NCBI GenBank assembly: GCA_024277355.1
Contig: JAJRVL010000004.1
Span: 264,804-328,803 of the forward strand
Length of the DNA: 64,000 nucleotides
Origin: an archaeon
GTDB taxonomy: Archaea; Iainarchaeota; Iainarchaeia; Iainarchaeales; 1-14-0-10-31-34
Direction: 5' to 3'
Below the pieces are notes generated by a model. That model made no database searches. It saw only the letters and a program-made list of their open reading frames with translations, and was not told the origin of the DNA. Shown here piece after piece: positions 9,717-18,325 of the stretch. A program made the translations under genes and the position numbers. The stretch's first letter is position 1. The number at the start of each line of letters is the position of its first letter.

Positions 9717-9872
9717 TTATTCAAGCATCACTAAAGCTAAATAAGAATTATGTTCATGTGAATCAGCAGTAGCAGAAAACTTAATATCAATTATTTTTTT
9801 ATCTTTAATAAATTCATTTACAGCTTCTTCCAATAATTGATAATCATTAAACTCAAAAAGTTTTATTTTCAT
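9717..9872 (-). CDS. small hypothetical protein (51 aa) resembling the Cse60/DUF2758 family
   Basis: Encodes MKIKLFEFNDYQLLEEAVNEFIKDKKIIDIKFSATADSHEHNSYLALVMLE. It ends at TAA. The KLF..E...N.F......I.DIK....S.D......Y.AL pattern matches Cse60-like proteins. Confidence 0.35.
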   Translation of the reverse strand: MKIKLFEFNDYQLLEEAVNEFIKDKKIIDIKFSATADSHEHNSYLALVMLE

Positions 9873-9926
9873 TAAAACACCCTATTAACTGAGTTTTAAT
9901 TAGTATTTAAATGTTTAGAAAAATAA

Positions 9927-9999
9927 TAGCTCCGAGGAGATTCGAACTCCTGTCAACGGGTTCAAAGCCCGTCATCCTTGGCCACTAGACTACGGAGCT
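9927..9999 (-). tRNA. tRNA-Gln (anticodon UUG)
   Basis: Minus-strand cloverleaf: acceptor AGCTCCG/CGGAGCT, anticodon stem ACGGG/CCCGT with loop CTTTGAA, T-arm AGGAG-TTCGAAT-CTCCT, discriminator A. No encoded CCA. Confidence 0.85.
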
Positions 10000-10019
10000 A
10001 GCAAACCGTAGTCTAAATT

Positions 10020-10060
10020 TTGTTCAACCTTTTTTTAAAAGGTTGCTAGACTACGGAGCT
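10020..10060 (-). promoter_or_regulatory. tRNA-Gln 5' leader/promoter region with hairpin CAACCTTTTAAAAAAAGGTTG (TATA-like A/T box) and a duplicated copy of the tRNA 5' 15 nt
   Basis: Seen directly. AGCTCCGTAGTCTAG (tRNA positions 1-15) recurs about 55 nt upstream on the same strand. An inverted copy of TAGACTACGG lies between the two. Confidence 0.35.
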
Positions 10061-10227
10061 ATTAAATTAATTAATAAAATAAAAATAGTCTTATAAATAA
10101 TTTAATTTCAATAAGTTTAAATTGGTTTACTTAAAGTACTTTTTATTACTGTTTGTGTTTACAGTCCGGCTAAATAAAGTTAATAGCAAGTATGCACTCA
10201 AACAGCAAAATATTTTCAAAAGTTTTT

Positions 10228-10372
10228 AGTAAAGCTTTTTTTGAAAAAGGTTTAGTTTGTGTTTGCAAAGCAAACCGTTTTTGATAAAACTTTTTTCTAA
10301 AAAGTTTGTTTTAATAAAACTTTTTCCAAAAAGGATTATGTTTTTGATAAAACTTTTTTCTAAAAAGTTTTT
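10228..10372. repeat. AT-rich palindromic dispersed repeat (family B) upstream of tRNA-Ile. It contains a 30-nt direct duplication (TTTTTGATAAAACTTTTTTCTAAAAAGTTT, two copies).
   Basis: 10228-10305 is about 85% identical to the reverse complement of 27247-27325. It holds multiple CTTTTT-N-AAAAAG hairpins. Confidence 0.6.
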
Positions 10373-10446
10373 GGGAGAGTAGCTTAGTTTGGTGGAGCAT
10401 TCGACTGATAATCGAAAGGTCGAGGGTTCAAATCCCTCCTTTCCCA
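10373..10446 (+). tRNA. tRNA-Ile (anticodon GAU)
   Basis: Acceptor GGGAGAG/CTTTCCC, D-arm GCTT..GAGC, anticodon stem TTCGA/TCGAA with loop CTGATAA, T-arm GAGGG-TTCAAAT-CCCTC, discriminator A. Confidence 0.9.
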
Positions 10447-10449
10447 TTT

Positions 10450-10860
10450 ATGAAAACTTTAACTAAATACATTTATTTTAATACAAAAAACAGAATTGAA
10501 TTTGTTAATATTACTAATCAAATAGAAGAAATTGTTTCTGAAAGCAAAATAAAAGAAGGAATAGTTTTAGTTAATCCAATGCATATTACTGCTTCAGTTT
10601 ACATTAATGACGCAGAATCAGGTTTAATTGAAGATTATAAAGAATGGTTAAAAAAATTGGTTCCAGAAAAAGATTACAAGCATAATTTAACTGGAGAAGA
10701 CAATGCTTTTTCTCATTTAATGAGAACAATAATGGGAAGAGAAGTTACAATAGCAATAACTAATGGAAAACTTGATTTTGGCACCTGGGAACAAATTTAT
10801 TACGCTGAATTTGACGGTCAAAGAAAAAAAAGAGTTTTAGTTAAAGTTTTAGGTGAGTAA
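10450..10860 (+). CDS. YjbQ/UPF0047 family protein (secondary thiamine-phosphate synthase-like)
   Basis: 136 aa. The pattern [15 protein letters not shown]...[10 protein letters not shown]...[40 protein letters not shown] matches the YjbQ family consensus. Confidence 0.8.
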   Translation: MKTLTKYIYFNTKNRIEFVNITNQIEEIVSESKIKEGIVLVNPMHITASVYINDAESGLIEDYKEWLKKLVPEKDYKHNLTGEDNAFSHLMRTIMGREVTIAITNGKLDFGTWEQIYYAEFDGQRKKRVLVKVLGE

Positions 10861-11352
10861 TTCAACTATTTTTTTTCCAAACTCTCTTGCAGCTTTTGGT
10901 CCATTTGCAGTAATAATATTTCCTGAAACTTCAATGGAATTCCCTGAAAACAAAGCTCCTTTTTCTGTTAAATTTTCTTTTTCGCTTTCAAATGAAGTAG
11001 CTTTTTTTCCTTCCAATAAACCTGCATTAGCTAAAATTGAAGGCGCAATACAAATTGCCGCAACAACTTTTTGTTTTCTGTTAAATTCTTCAGCTAAATT
11101 CAATACAGTTTGATTGTCAAAATATTCTGCTGCACCGCTTCCGCCAACAAAAATTACTGCATTAAATTCTTCTGAATTAATTTCTTCAATTAATAATTCT
11201 GCTTTTATTGTTCCATTTAATTTTCCTTTGCATTCCCCTTTTTCAGTTGAAGCAACAACAGTTTCAATTCCTGCTTTTTCTAATTCTTCTTTTGGATGAA
11301 ATAATTCTTCATCCCTAAAATTCTGTTTTGCAATAACAAACACAACTTTCAT
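10849..11352 (-). CDS. DJ-1/PfpI family protein (intracellular protease / glyoxalase III-like)
   Basis: 167 aa. Nucleophile elbow AAICIAP within the class I glutamine amidotransferase-like fold. Convergent 12-nt overlap with the YjbQ gene. Confidence 0.8.
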   Translation of the reverse strand: MKVVFVIAKQNFRDEELFHPKEELEKAGIETVVASTEKGECKGKLNGTIKAELLIEEINSEEFNAVIFVGGSGAAEYFDNQTVLNLAEEFNRKQKVVAAICIAPSILANAGLLEGKKATSFESEKENLTEKGALFSGNSIEVSGNIITANGPKAAREFGKKIVELLT

Positions 11353-11422
11353 ATAAATCCCATATAAAAAATGAAAGAAAAAAAATAAGAATGTTTTTAA
11401 AGAAAGAGAACTTGAATTTATT

Positions 11423-11923
11423 ATGCAGGAAAAAAAAGAATCAGAATATAAAATTGTTTCAGATTACCAAAAACTAGAAAAACAAGTAGAAAAACAAATA
11501 AGAAACGGCAACATAAAACTTCCTTTTGGGGGTTTTTATCAAACAGGTTATTTAGGGCATTCAATAAAAGCAATAGTTAAAGAAGAAAAACTTGTAAGTT
11601 TAATGGTTTATTCAATTAATGAAAAAACATGCGATATTGCATATATTTGGCATAATCCTCGTCTTGCAGTTGAATACAAAAAAACAAACAAAATATCTCC
11701 TTCAAAATTTTTATTAAAATCAATTGCTAAAAAAGGAATTACATCATTTACAACACAATATTTAACAAAAACCGGCAGAAAAATGGTATTAAAATTAATT
11801 AAAGAAAACGTAATAATTGAAAAAGGATTGAAAAGAATAAATCCAAAACCCAAATTCAGGAAATTTCTTAACAAAATGCCAACAGAATATAAATTTAAAT
11901 TAGTAAAACGACATCCCAAATAA
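11423..11923 (+). CDS. hypothetical basic protein
   Basis: 166-aa ORF with a lysine-rich C-terminus. No recognisable motif. The only long ORF across this interval. Confidence 0.4.
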   Translation: MQEKKESEYKIVSDYQKLEKQVEKQIRNGNIKLPFGGFYQTGYLGHSIKAIVKEEKLVSLMVYSINEKTCDIAYIWHNPRLAVEYKKTNKISPSKFLLKSIAKKGITSFTTQYLTKTGRKMVLKLIKENVIIEKGLKRINPKPKFRKFLNKMPTEYKFKLVKRHPK

Positions 11924-11927
11924 AATA

Positions 11928-13292
11928 TTATACCAGTATTGGCCAGACAAAATAAGCCATTAAAGTCAATAAAATTACTCCAATTAAAGCAATAACTATT
12001 CCAGGTTTAGCCATATCAGAAGTTTTAATGTATCCTGAAGAATAAGCTATAGTGCTTGGAGGCGTTCCAATTGGAACAATAAAATCCAAAGAAACACCAA
12101 TTGCAATAACCATTACCGCAAATTCAACTGGAATTCCCAATCCTTGCGCTAAAGGAATAACTAAAGGAATACTGATAGCTGCTGCAGCAGTATTGCTTGC
12201 AACTAAAGTAAAAATTACAGCAAAAACAATTAAAGCAAACAAAATCAGCAATAAAGCTTGTCCAGACAAAAAAGTAAATAAAATATCAGCAAATAATCCA
12301 TCTAATCCAACAGTCTGAATAGCACTTCCAAGAGTTAATCCTCCTCCAAATAAAATCAAAGAACTCCAAGAAACTTTATTTATATCGTTTGTTTCAAGTA
12401 AACCAAAAGAATACAATAAAATAATTGGAATCATTGCAACAACAGAAGTTGAAATTCCATGAATTTTAGTTGTAAGCCACATTAAAACTGTTACTCCAAA
12501 AATAAACAAAACAAGTTTTTGTTTTTGAGTCAAAGGTTTAAAAGAAAAATCTGATTTAATAAAATGAATTTCAGGAGGAAAAAATTTAGTTAAAACAAAC
12601 CACGCAACAGGAAGCAGTAAAATTACCATCGGCAAAGCATAAAACATCCAGTCAGTAAAACCAAAAGAAAAGCCTGCATCATTTAAATAACTTAAAGCCA
12701 TTGCATTAGGAGGAGAACCAATAACAGTTCCAATTCCTCCAATAGTGGCAGAAAAAGCAATACCTAAAACTAATGCTTTACCAAACTTTGAATCCAAAGG
12801 CTTTAATCCATTTGAATTTAATACAACTAAAGCAATTGGAAGCAAAATAGCAGTTGAAGCAGTGTTTGACATCCAAAAAGAAAAAAAAGCAGTTAAACAC
12901 ATTAAACCAAACAAAAATCGTTTAGGTTTATGTCCAACTTTTTTAATTAAATGAAAAGTAATTAATTTATCTAAACCATGTTTCTGTAAACCTAAAGCTA
13001 AAATAAATCCACCTAATAATAACATTATTACTGGATCAAAAAAAGGCGTAAAAACTGTTTTTGGAGTAAAAACTGTTTTGTCATAAAATCCTCCAACTAC
13101 AATTAACAAAAAAGCTGCAATAAAAGCAGTAATATGCAATGGAACTAATTCAGAAAACCATAAAATCATTGCTAAAAATAAAACAGACAAAACAACTTTT
13201 TGCAATGGTTCAATTTGCAGTGGAGAAAACAAAACTGCAAGAAATGCAATAACTGCAAAAACTGCAATAAAAAACCTTATTTTTTGTTTCAT
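11928..13292 (-). CDS. anion permease of the ArsB/NhaD/SLC13 (DASS) superfamily
   Basis: 454 aa, polytopic. Repeated halves with a GTPPN-like re-entrant motif (IGSPPNAMAL). Confidence 0.7.
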   Translation of the reverse strand: MKQKIRFFIAVFAVIAFLAVLFSPLQIEPLQKVVLSVLFLAMILWFSELVPLHITAFIAAFLLIVVGGFYDKTVFTPKTVFTPFFDPVIMLLLGGFILALGLQKHGLDKLITFHLIKKVGHKPKRFLFGLMCLTAFFSFWMSNTASTAILLPIALVVLNSNGLKPLDSKFGKALVLGIAFSATIGGIGTVIGSPPNAMALSYLNDAGFSFGFTDWMFYALPMVILLLPVAWFVLTKFFPPEIHFIKSDFSFKPLTQKQKLVLFIFGVTVLMWLTTKIHGISTSVVAMIPIILLYSFGLLETNDINKVSWSSLILFGGGLTLGSAIQTVGLDGLFADILFTFLSGQALLLILFALIVFAVIFTLVASNTAAAAISIPLVIPLAQGLGIPVEFAVMVIAIGVSLDFIVPIGTPPSTIAYSSGYIKTSDMAKPGIVIALIGVILLTLMAYFVWPILV

Positions 13293-13348
13293 TTAAATAA
13301 GAACAACAGTATCAAATATAAAAGTTAACATTAAGTAATTAATTTCTC

Positions 13349-14257
13349 ATGAAAAAAATTCTGATTGCTTTAGGCGGAAACGCATTAATAAAACAAGGAC
13401 AAACAGGTTATTTTGAAGAACAATTAAAAAACATTAATTCTGCAGCAAAAAAAATAGCTGAATTAACAAAAAAATATCAGGTTGTCTTAACTCATGGAAA
13501 TGGCCCTCAAGTAGGAAACCTTGAAATTCAAATGTCATGCAATGATGAAATCCCAAAAATGCCTTTAGATGTAGAAGATGCAATGACTCAAGGGCAGATC
13601 GGTTATTTTATTCAGAAATCTCTTAGAAATATTCTGCCAAAAAAAGAAATAATTACAATTATCACTGAAATTGAAGTAAACAAAAAAGATAAAGCATTTA
13701 ATAACCCAACAAAACCAATAGGTTCCTTTTATTCAAAAGAAATAATAAAAAAAATGAAAATAAAAAATTTTATTGAAGATTCAGGAAGAGGTTATAGAAA
13801 AATTGTGCCTTCACCTGAACCAAAAAAAATAATTCAATTAAAAACCATAAAAGAATTAATTGAAAAAGGAAAAATTGTTGTTTCCTGCGGAGGCGGAGGA
13901 ATTCCAGTAATAAAACAAGGAAAAAAATACAAAGGAGTTGAAGCAGTAATAGACAAAGATAAAGCTTCTGTTTTGCTTGCAAATTCTTTAAACATAAAAG
14001 AAATAGTTATTTTAACTGATGTTGAGTTTGTTTTTTTGAATTATAAAAAAGAAAATCAAAAAAAATTAAAGAAAATTAAAATAAATGAATTAAAAAAATT
14101 ACTGAAAAAAAATGAGTTTGGTAAAGGTTCAATGAAACCAAAAATTGAAGCATGCATTAATTTCATAGAAAAAGGAGGAAAAAAAGCAGTAATAACTTCA
14201 TTAAATAAATTAATTCCTGCATTAAAAGGAAAAACCGGAACACAAATCACAAAATAA
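13349..14257 (+). CDS. arcC: carbamate kinase
   Basis: Contains ALGGNAL, THGNGPQVG and the C-terminal amino acid kinase fold. 302 aa. Confidence 0.85.
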   Translation: MKKILIALGGNALIKQGQTGYFEEQLKNINSAAKKIAELTKKYQVVLTHGNGPQVGNLEIQMSCNDEIPKMPLDVEDAMTQGQIGYFIQKSLRNILPKKEIITIITEIEVNKKDKAFNNPTKPIGSFYSKEIIKKMKIKNFIEDSGRGYRKIVPSPEPKKIIQLKTIKELIEKGKIVVSCGGGGIPVIKQGKKYKGVEAVIDKDKASVLLANSLNIKEIVILTDVEFVFLNYKKENQKKLKKIKINELKKLLKKNEFGKGSMKPKIEACINFIEKGGKKAVITSLNKLIPALKGKTGTQITK

Positions 14258-14325
14258 AAACTTTTAAAAACTGTATCTTAAAGAAAATACATTATTCAGA
14301 AAGCTTTAAGGGGGTTGTGAGCTTA

Positions 14326-14460
14326 ATGAAAAAATTTGTATGCATTGCATGTTCAAATGAATATGACAATAAACAAGAAGCAGAAGAATGCTGTGGAGAA
14401 GAAGCAGAAGAAGTAAACGATGATGAAATAAATGAAAATCAAACAGAAATATTCGAATAA
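14326..14460 (+). CDS. small acidic Cys-containing protein (44 aa), possible zinc-ribbon protein
   Basis: Encodes MKKFVCIACSNEYDNKQEAEECCGEEAEEVNDDEINENQTEIFE. It is preceded by a strong Shine-Dalgarno-like AAGGGGG 9 nt upstream. Confidence 0.3.
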   Translation: MKKFVCIACSNEYDNKQEAEECCGEEAEEVNDDEINENQTEIFE

Positions 14461-14463
14461 AAA

Positions 14464-14982
14464 TTAAATTTCATTCCAGGCATCAACAAAACTATCAACT
14501 AAAGAATCCACAAAAGAACTCTTATGTTCCACTAACAAAGAAGTAACTTCATTTGGTTTAATTAAATAAAAAAAACTTTCTCTTCCCCTTTTTTCTTTTC
14601 CTATTACTTCTTCTTTAACTAATTGTTCTAAATGCCACGAAGTAGTTGAAGGAGACAACTCAACTTTTCTTGAAATATCAAAATTATTTGCTTTCTTTTT
14701 TTCCAGTAAAAATAAAATTATTTTTCTTGAACTAGGTTTTCTTAAAAAAGCCATTTCTGCTTTTTCTTCTACAACTGATTCTTTAACTGAATAATATCTT
14801 AAAAATTTGCCCTGCCTGAAAACTTTAATTAAATGTCTTTTCGGCAAAAAATCTAAATGATATTGAAGGCTGCCAACTGCAATTCCTGTTCTTCTTTCAA
14901 TTTCTCTGAAATGCAAACCGGGATTTTCTTCAATTAAATCATAAATTTTCCTTCTGGAATCTAAACTTAAAGCATCTTCCAT
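14464..14982 (-). CDS. winged-helix transcriptional regulator with two wHTH-like domains
   Basis: 172 aa. Contains RRKIYDLIEENPGLHFREIERRTGIAVGSLQYHL (ArsR/TrmB-like HTH) and a second FDISRKVELSPSTTSWHLEQL helix-turn-helix. Confidence 0.6.
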   Translation of the reverse strand: MEDALSLDSRRKIYDLIEENPGLHFREIERRTGIAVGSLQYHLDFLPKRHLIKVFRQGKFLRYYSVKESVVEEKAEMAFLRKPSSRKIILFLLEKKKANNFDISRKVELSPSTTSWHLEQLVKEEVIGKEKRGRESFFYLIKPNEVTSLLVEHKSSFVDSLVDSFVDAWNEI

Positions 14983-14994
14983 AATAACTCAAAC

Positions 14995-15378
14995 TTAATT
15001 CCTGTTTTTTGGTTTGAAAAACAATGCAACAAACAAAAACACTAAAATAAATAATTCAAATACATTTTCTGATGCATCAGGAAGAAAAGTTCCAGGACTT
15101 AAAAATAAATCAAGTATTTTTAAAAGCCATTTAAATGCAAATAAAGAAAATGCACCGCCAATTAACAAAAATCTTCTTGACTTAGTTTTAAAATAAGCTT
15201 TAACTGCAATAAAAAACAAAACCAAAGAAAAAATAAAAACAAGAAATTTAGTTATATTATCAAAAGAATAAGCCATTGAAACAACAGGCCTTAATAAATC
15301 CCATGGGCCTTTAGCAAAAGCCAAAGGAATCAAAGAAACAAAAAATAACAAAAAACTTTTTTTCAGCAAACCAATCAC
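14995..15378 (-). CDS. hypothetical membrane protein (4 TM)
   Basis: 127-aa hydrophobic ORF with no competing frame. Confidence 0.4.
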   Translation of the reverse strand: MIGLLKKSFLLFFVSLIPLAFAKGPWDLLRPVVSMAYSFDNITKFLVFIFSLVLFFIAVKAYFKTKSRRFLLIGGAFSLFAFKWLLKILDLFLSPGTFLPDASENVFELFILVFLFVALFFKPKNRN

Positions 15379-15581
15379 CTCAAATAATCTGAAACAAAAC
15401 TATTTTAATAAAAATCAATTAACATTTAAAGCAAAAAATAAAGAAAAATAAAAAAAGAGGGAAAATTCGTGAGGCGAAATTCCCTAAAAGGAGAAATAAA
15501 TGTTTTATTACAAACTAATAGTAATTTTGAGTTTATAAAGGCTTTTTGGTACAATTGTTGCAGAATAATACAATAGTCGAA

Positions 15582-16760
15582 TTAAGCAGTTCTTTTAATA
15601 AAATCCCTTACTTTTCCTGCTGAACCTGATGCATGAAATGCCTCAAAAAACATTACTGCTTCAGAATAAGCTCTTGCTTCCAAAGCTTTTTCAGTATTCT
15701 TATCCAGAGAATAAATTTTATCAAAGAAAATAAATTTGCCTTGATCGTTTTTTGCACCAACCGCAAACTTAATGTATTTTCCTAAAATTTCTATTTCACT
15801 TTTACAGCCTTTTTTTTCTGCTGTTTCTTTGAAATTAGTTAAAGTCCATTCAACTATTTCAGAATATAATTCAGGTTTAGTTGCTTTAATTACTTCATAA
15901 AAAATATTCTGCCATAAAGTTCCTACATTTCCTTTTAAAATTGATTCTGAAGGAAATTTAGTTTTAATTAATTCTCTTGGAGTTCCTGTAATTCCATGCT
16001 GGGCTATCCTTGTATTAAATCCTTCTTTTTTCATTGCTTCAGCTACACTAATAGTCTGTTCAATATCAATTGAAATTTGTTCAATTGGTTTTCCATTTTC
16101 ATCATAAATATTTCCATGAGTTGAACCATTAGCTATTCCAATTACATTAGGAAAAACTCCTCTTTTGTTTAATTCATTAATAAAAGCAACTGCTTCTTCA
16201 GGAGTAGTTAAAACCATTCCTTGTTCATTCTTCTTTCCAATTTCTCCTACTTCAACTTCTAATCCAAATTCTTTTCCATTCATTTTTTCTTTAATATAAT
16301 CAGCTAATTCAACTGTAACTTCAATATTTTTTTGAAGTTCTTCTTCAACTGTTTTACCATTAAAATCAAATAAAAAAGATGCATCCAAAGCAAAAGAAGT
16401 AAATCCAGCTGAAACCTGAGCATCAATTAATTTTTTCATTTCATCAATTTCTTCAGGAGTTCCTTTTTTTATTGTTAAATGATCTGCATGTAAACTCCAT
16501 ATATCAAATGCAACTTCAGAAGCAATTTCTTTGGTTATTTGTGCATAATCTTTTGGTTTTAATCCCGTATAGCCTCCTGATAAATCTGATTCAGATTTAG
16601 CTAATTCCATTATTACAGCTGAATCAGTTTTTTTTGCTGCCTTAAAAATTCCTTTAACTATTCCTTTAGTTATTCTTGTATTACAGGCCATAATAATTGT
16701 TTTATCATTTTTTAATGCATCAAACATTAAATTACCTGAAATTGGATTAAACTTGCTCAT
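15582..16760 (-). CDS. class II aldolase family enzyme (fructose/tagatose-bisphosphate aldolase-like)
   Basis: 392 aa. Contains SLHADHL (the LHxDH zinc ligands), IGIANGSTHGNIY (cf. the GNVHGVY motif of class II FBA) and QHGITGTP. It is adjacent to the FBPase gene. Confidence 0.65.
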   Translation of the reverse strand: MSKFNPISGNLMFDALKNDKTIIMACNTRITKGIVKGIFKAAKKTDSAVIMELAKSESDLSGGYTGLKPKDYAQITKEIASEVAFDIWSLHADHLTIKKGTPEEIDEMKKLIDAQVSAGFTSFALDASFLFDFNGKTVEEELQKNIEVTVELADYIKEKMNGKEFGLEVEVGEIGKKNEQGMVLTTPEEAVAFINELNKRGVFPNVIGIANGSTHGNIYDENGKPIEQISIDIEQTISVAEAMKKEGFNTRIAQHGITGTPRELIKTKFPSESILKGNVGTLWQNIFYEVIKATKPELYSEIVEWTLTNFKETAEKKGCKSEIEILGKYIKFAVGAKNDQGKFIFFDKIYSLDKNTEKALEARAYSEAVMFFEAFHASGSAGKVRDFIKRTA

Positions 16761-16764
16761 TACA

Positions 16765-17655
16765 TCACCTTAACATTTTTTCAGCTAAATTAATTTCTTT
16801 TTTTCCGCCAATATAAATTGGAGTTCTATGAGAAATTTTTTCCGGTTTAATTTCCAAAATTGACTGTTTTCCGTCAGTTGAAGCTCCGCCGGCATACTTT
16901 GCAATAAAAGATAAAGGATTGCATTCAAATAAAAGCCTTAACTTTCCTTCAGGCATTTTTTTTGTTGAAGGATAAGAAAATAATCCGCCATAAGATAAAA
17001 TTTGCTGGAAATCTGCAGTGAAAGAACCGGAAAACCTTGTTTTATAATTTTGTTTTTCAAGTTCTTCAATAAAATCCAAATGTTTTTTTGTCCAGTCAGT
17101 TCTTAACCCTCCTGAACCAAAAATAGTTCCTGATTCAGGAAACTTTAAGTCTTCCACTCTTAAAATAAAATTTCCTTTTGAATCCAAAACAAATTCATGA
17201 ACTCCATCTTTAGCAGAATAAACTAAACTTGTCTGAGGTCCATATAAAATATACATTGCTGCATCCATTTTATTTCCTTTTTCTAATACATTTCCTTCAT
17301 CAAAAATTCCAAGAATAGTTCCAACAGCTAAATTAGTTTTAACACAACTAACTCCATCTAAAGGATCAACTACAACCCCAAATTCTCCTTCAGATTTAAC
17401 TATTTCAATTATTTCTGATTGTTCTTCTGAAGCAACAGTCTTGACTATTTTTGACTGCTCCATTGCATCAAGAATTAAATAATCAGCCCATTTATCTAAT
17501 TCTAATTGGTCTTCACCGTAAACGTTTTGTGAACCGGCTAACTTATTATGTGTAAAAAAACCTTTTTGTATTTCTTTTGATTTTTCTGCTGCATTTAAAA
17601 TAATGCTTTTAATGCCTTCATCAATTCCATTTAAATGTTCTTCAAGAGTAGTCAT
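16765..17655 (-). CDS. fbp: fructose-1,6-bisphosphatase, class 1
   Basis: Contains the metal-binding DPLDGVS and the C-terminal block KLRLLFECNPLSFIAKYAGGASTDG, which is diagnostic of FBPase I. Confidence 0.8.
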   Translation of the reverse strand: MTTLEEHLNGIDEGIKSIILNAAEKSKEIQKGFFTHNKLAGSQNVYGEDQLELDKWADYLILDAMEQSKIVKTVASEEQSEIIEIVKSEGEFGVVVDPLDGVSCVKTNLAVGTILGIFDEGNVLEKGNKMDAAMYILYGPQTSLVYSAKDGVHEFVLDSKGNFILRVEDLKFPESGTIFGSGGLRTDWTKKHLDFIEELEKQNYKTRFSGSFTADFQQILSYGGLFSYPSTKKMPEGKLRLLFECNPLSFIAKYAGGASTDGKQSILEIKPEKISHRTPIYIGGKKEINLAEKMLR

Positions 17656-17764
17656 CTAAAAAAAAATGAAAGGAAACTTATTTAAGCAATTGTTATTTTT
17701 TCATAATTTTTATGAAAAACAGTTATAAATTAAATTAAAAAGTGTTCTATGTTAAAATAAAATT

Positions 17765-18325
17765 ATGCGCGGAAGAAATCCAGTCAGAAGAAATCAAGGA
17801 ACACATGCTTCAAAATTTCATGGACAAAAAAAGAAAACACCTTTTTTCAGAAAACTAGTGCAAAAAAAAGTTACAAAAGAAATAATGCAGAAAATTTACG
17901 GAATAGAAGCAAGAGAACAGCATTTAATTGAAAGAAGAGACGAAATACTTCATAAAACAAAAGGAATTCCTGCAATTTCAATTGGAAGATTTAGATTAAC
18001 TCCAAGTGCAAAAAACCCAAGAGAACACCAGCAAATATTATTTGAACTTCAGAATGGAGCAATGCCAAGAAAAATACTTCAGTTTTCTGAAATAAGAGAA
18101 TTAGCAAAAAGAAATCCAGTGCAATTTGGACAATTGTTTGATTTAGTTTACAAATATTTCACTGGAGAAATAACCAAAAAAGAAATAGATTCATTAACTA
18201 AATTTTTAAAGCATGCAATAGAAAAAGGAAAAACTACTGACCAAAAAATGGCAAGAGTAATTCAATTAAAAAAAAGAAGAGAAGAAGAAATAGATTTTAT
18301 CCAGTCTTATCACAAAGCAGCTTAA
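17765..18325 (+). CDS. hypothetical basic protein
   Basis: 186-aa ORF with an Arg/Lys-rich N-terminus. No recognised family. Confidence 0.4.
   Translation: MRGRNPVRRNQGTHASKFHGQKKKTPFFRKLVQKKVTKEIMQKIYGIEAREQHLIERRDEILHKTKGIPAISIGRFRLTPSAKNPREHQQILFELQNGAMPRKILQFSEIRELAKRNPVQFGQLFDLVYKYFTGEITKKEIDSLTKFLKHAIEKGKTTDQKMARVIQLKKRREEEIDFIQSYHKAA

Noticed and set aside
10226-10447. 73-aa minus-strand ORF ([23 protein letters not shown]...)
   Set aside because: It is the antisense translation of tRNA-Ile plus the AT-rich repeat. GFEPSTFRL-type peptides are the classic artefact of translating tRNA genes.
10853-11299. Plus-strand ORFs 10853..11113 and 11114..11299
   Set aside because: They are antisense to the DJ-1/PfpI gene, which carries the conserved nucleophile elbow. 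They show no motifs.
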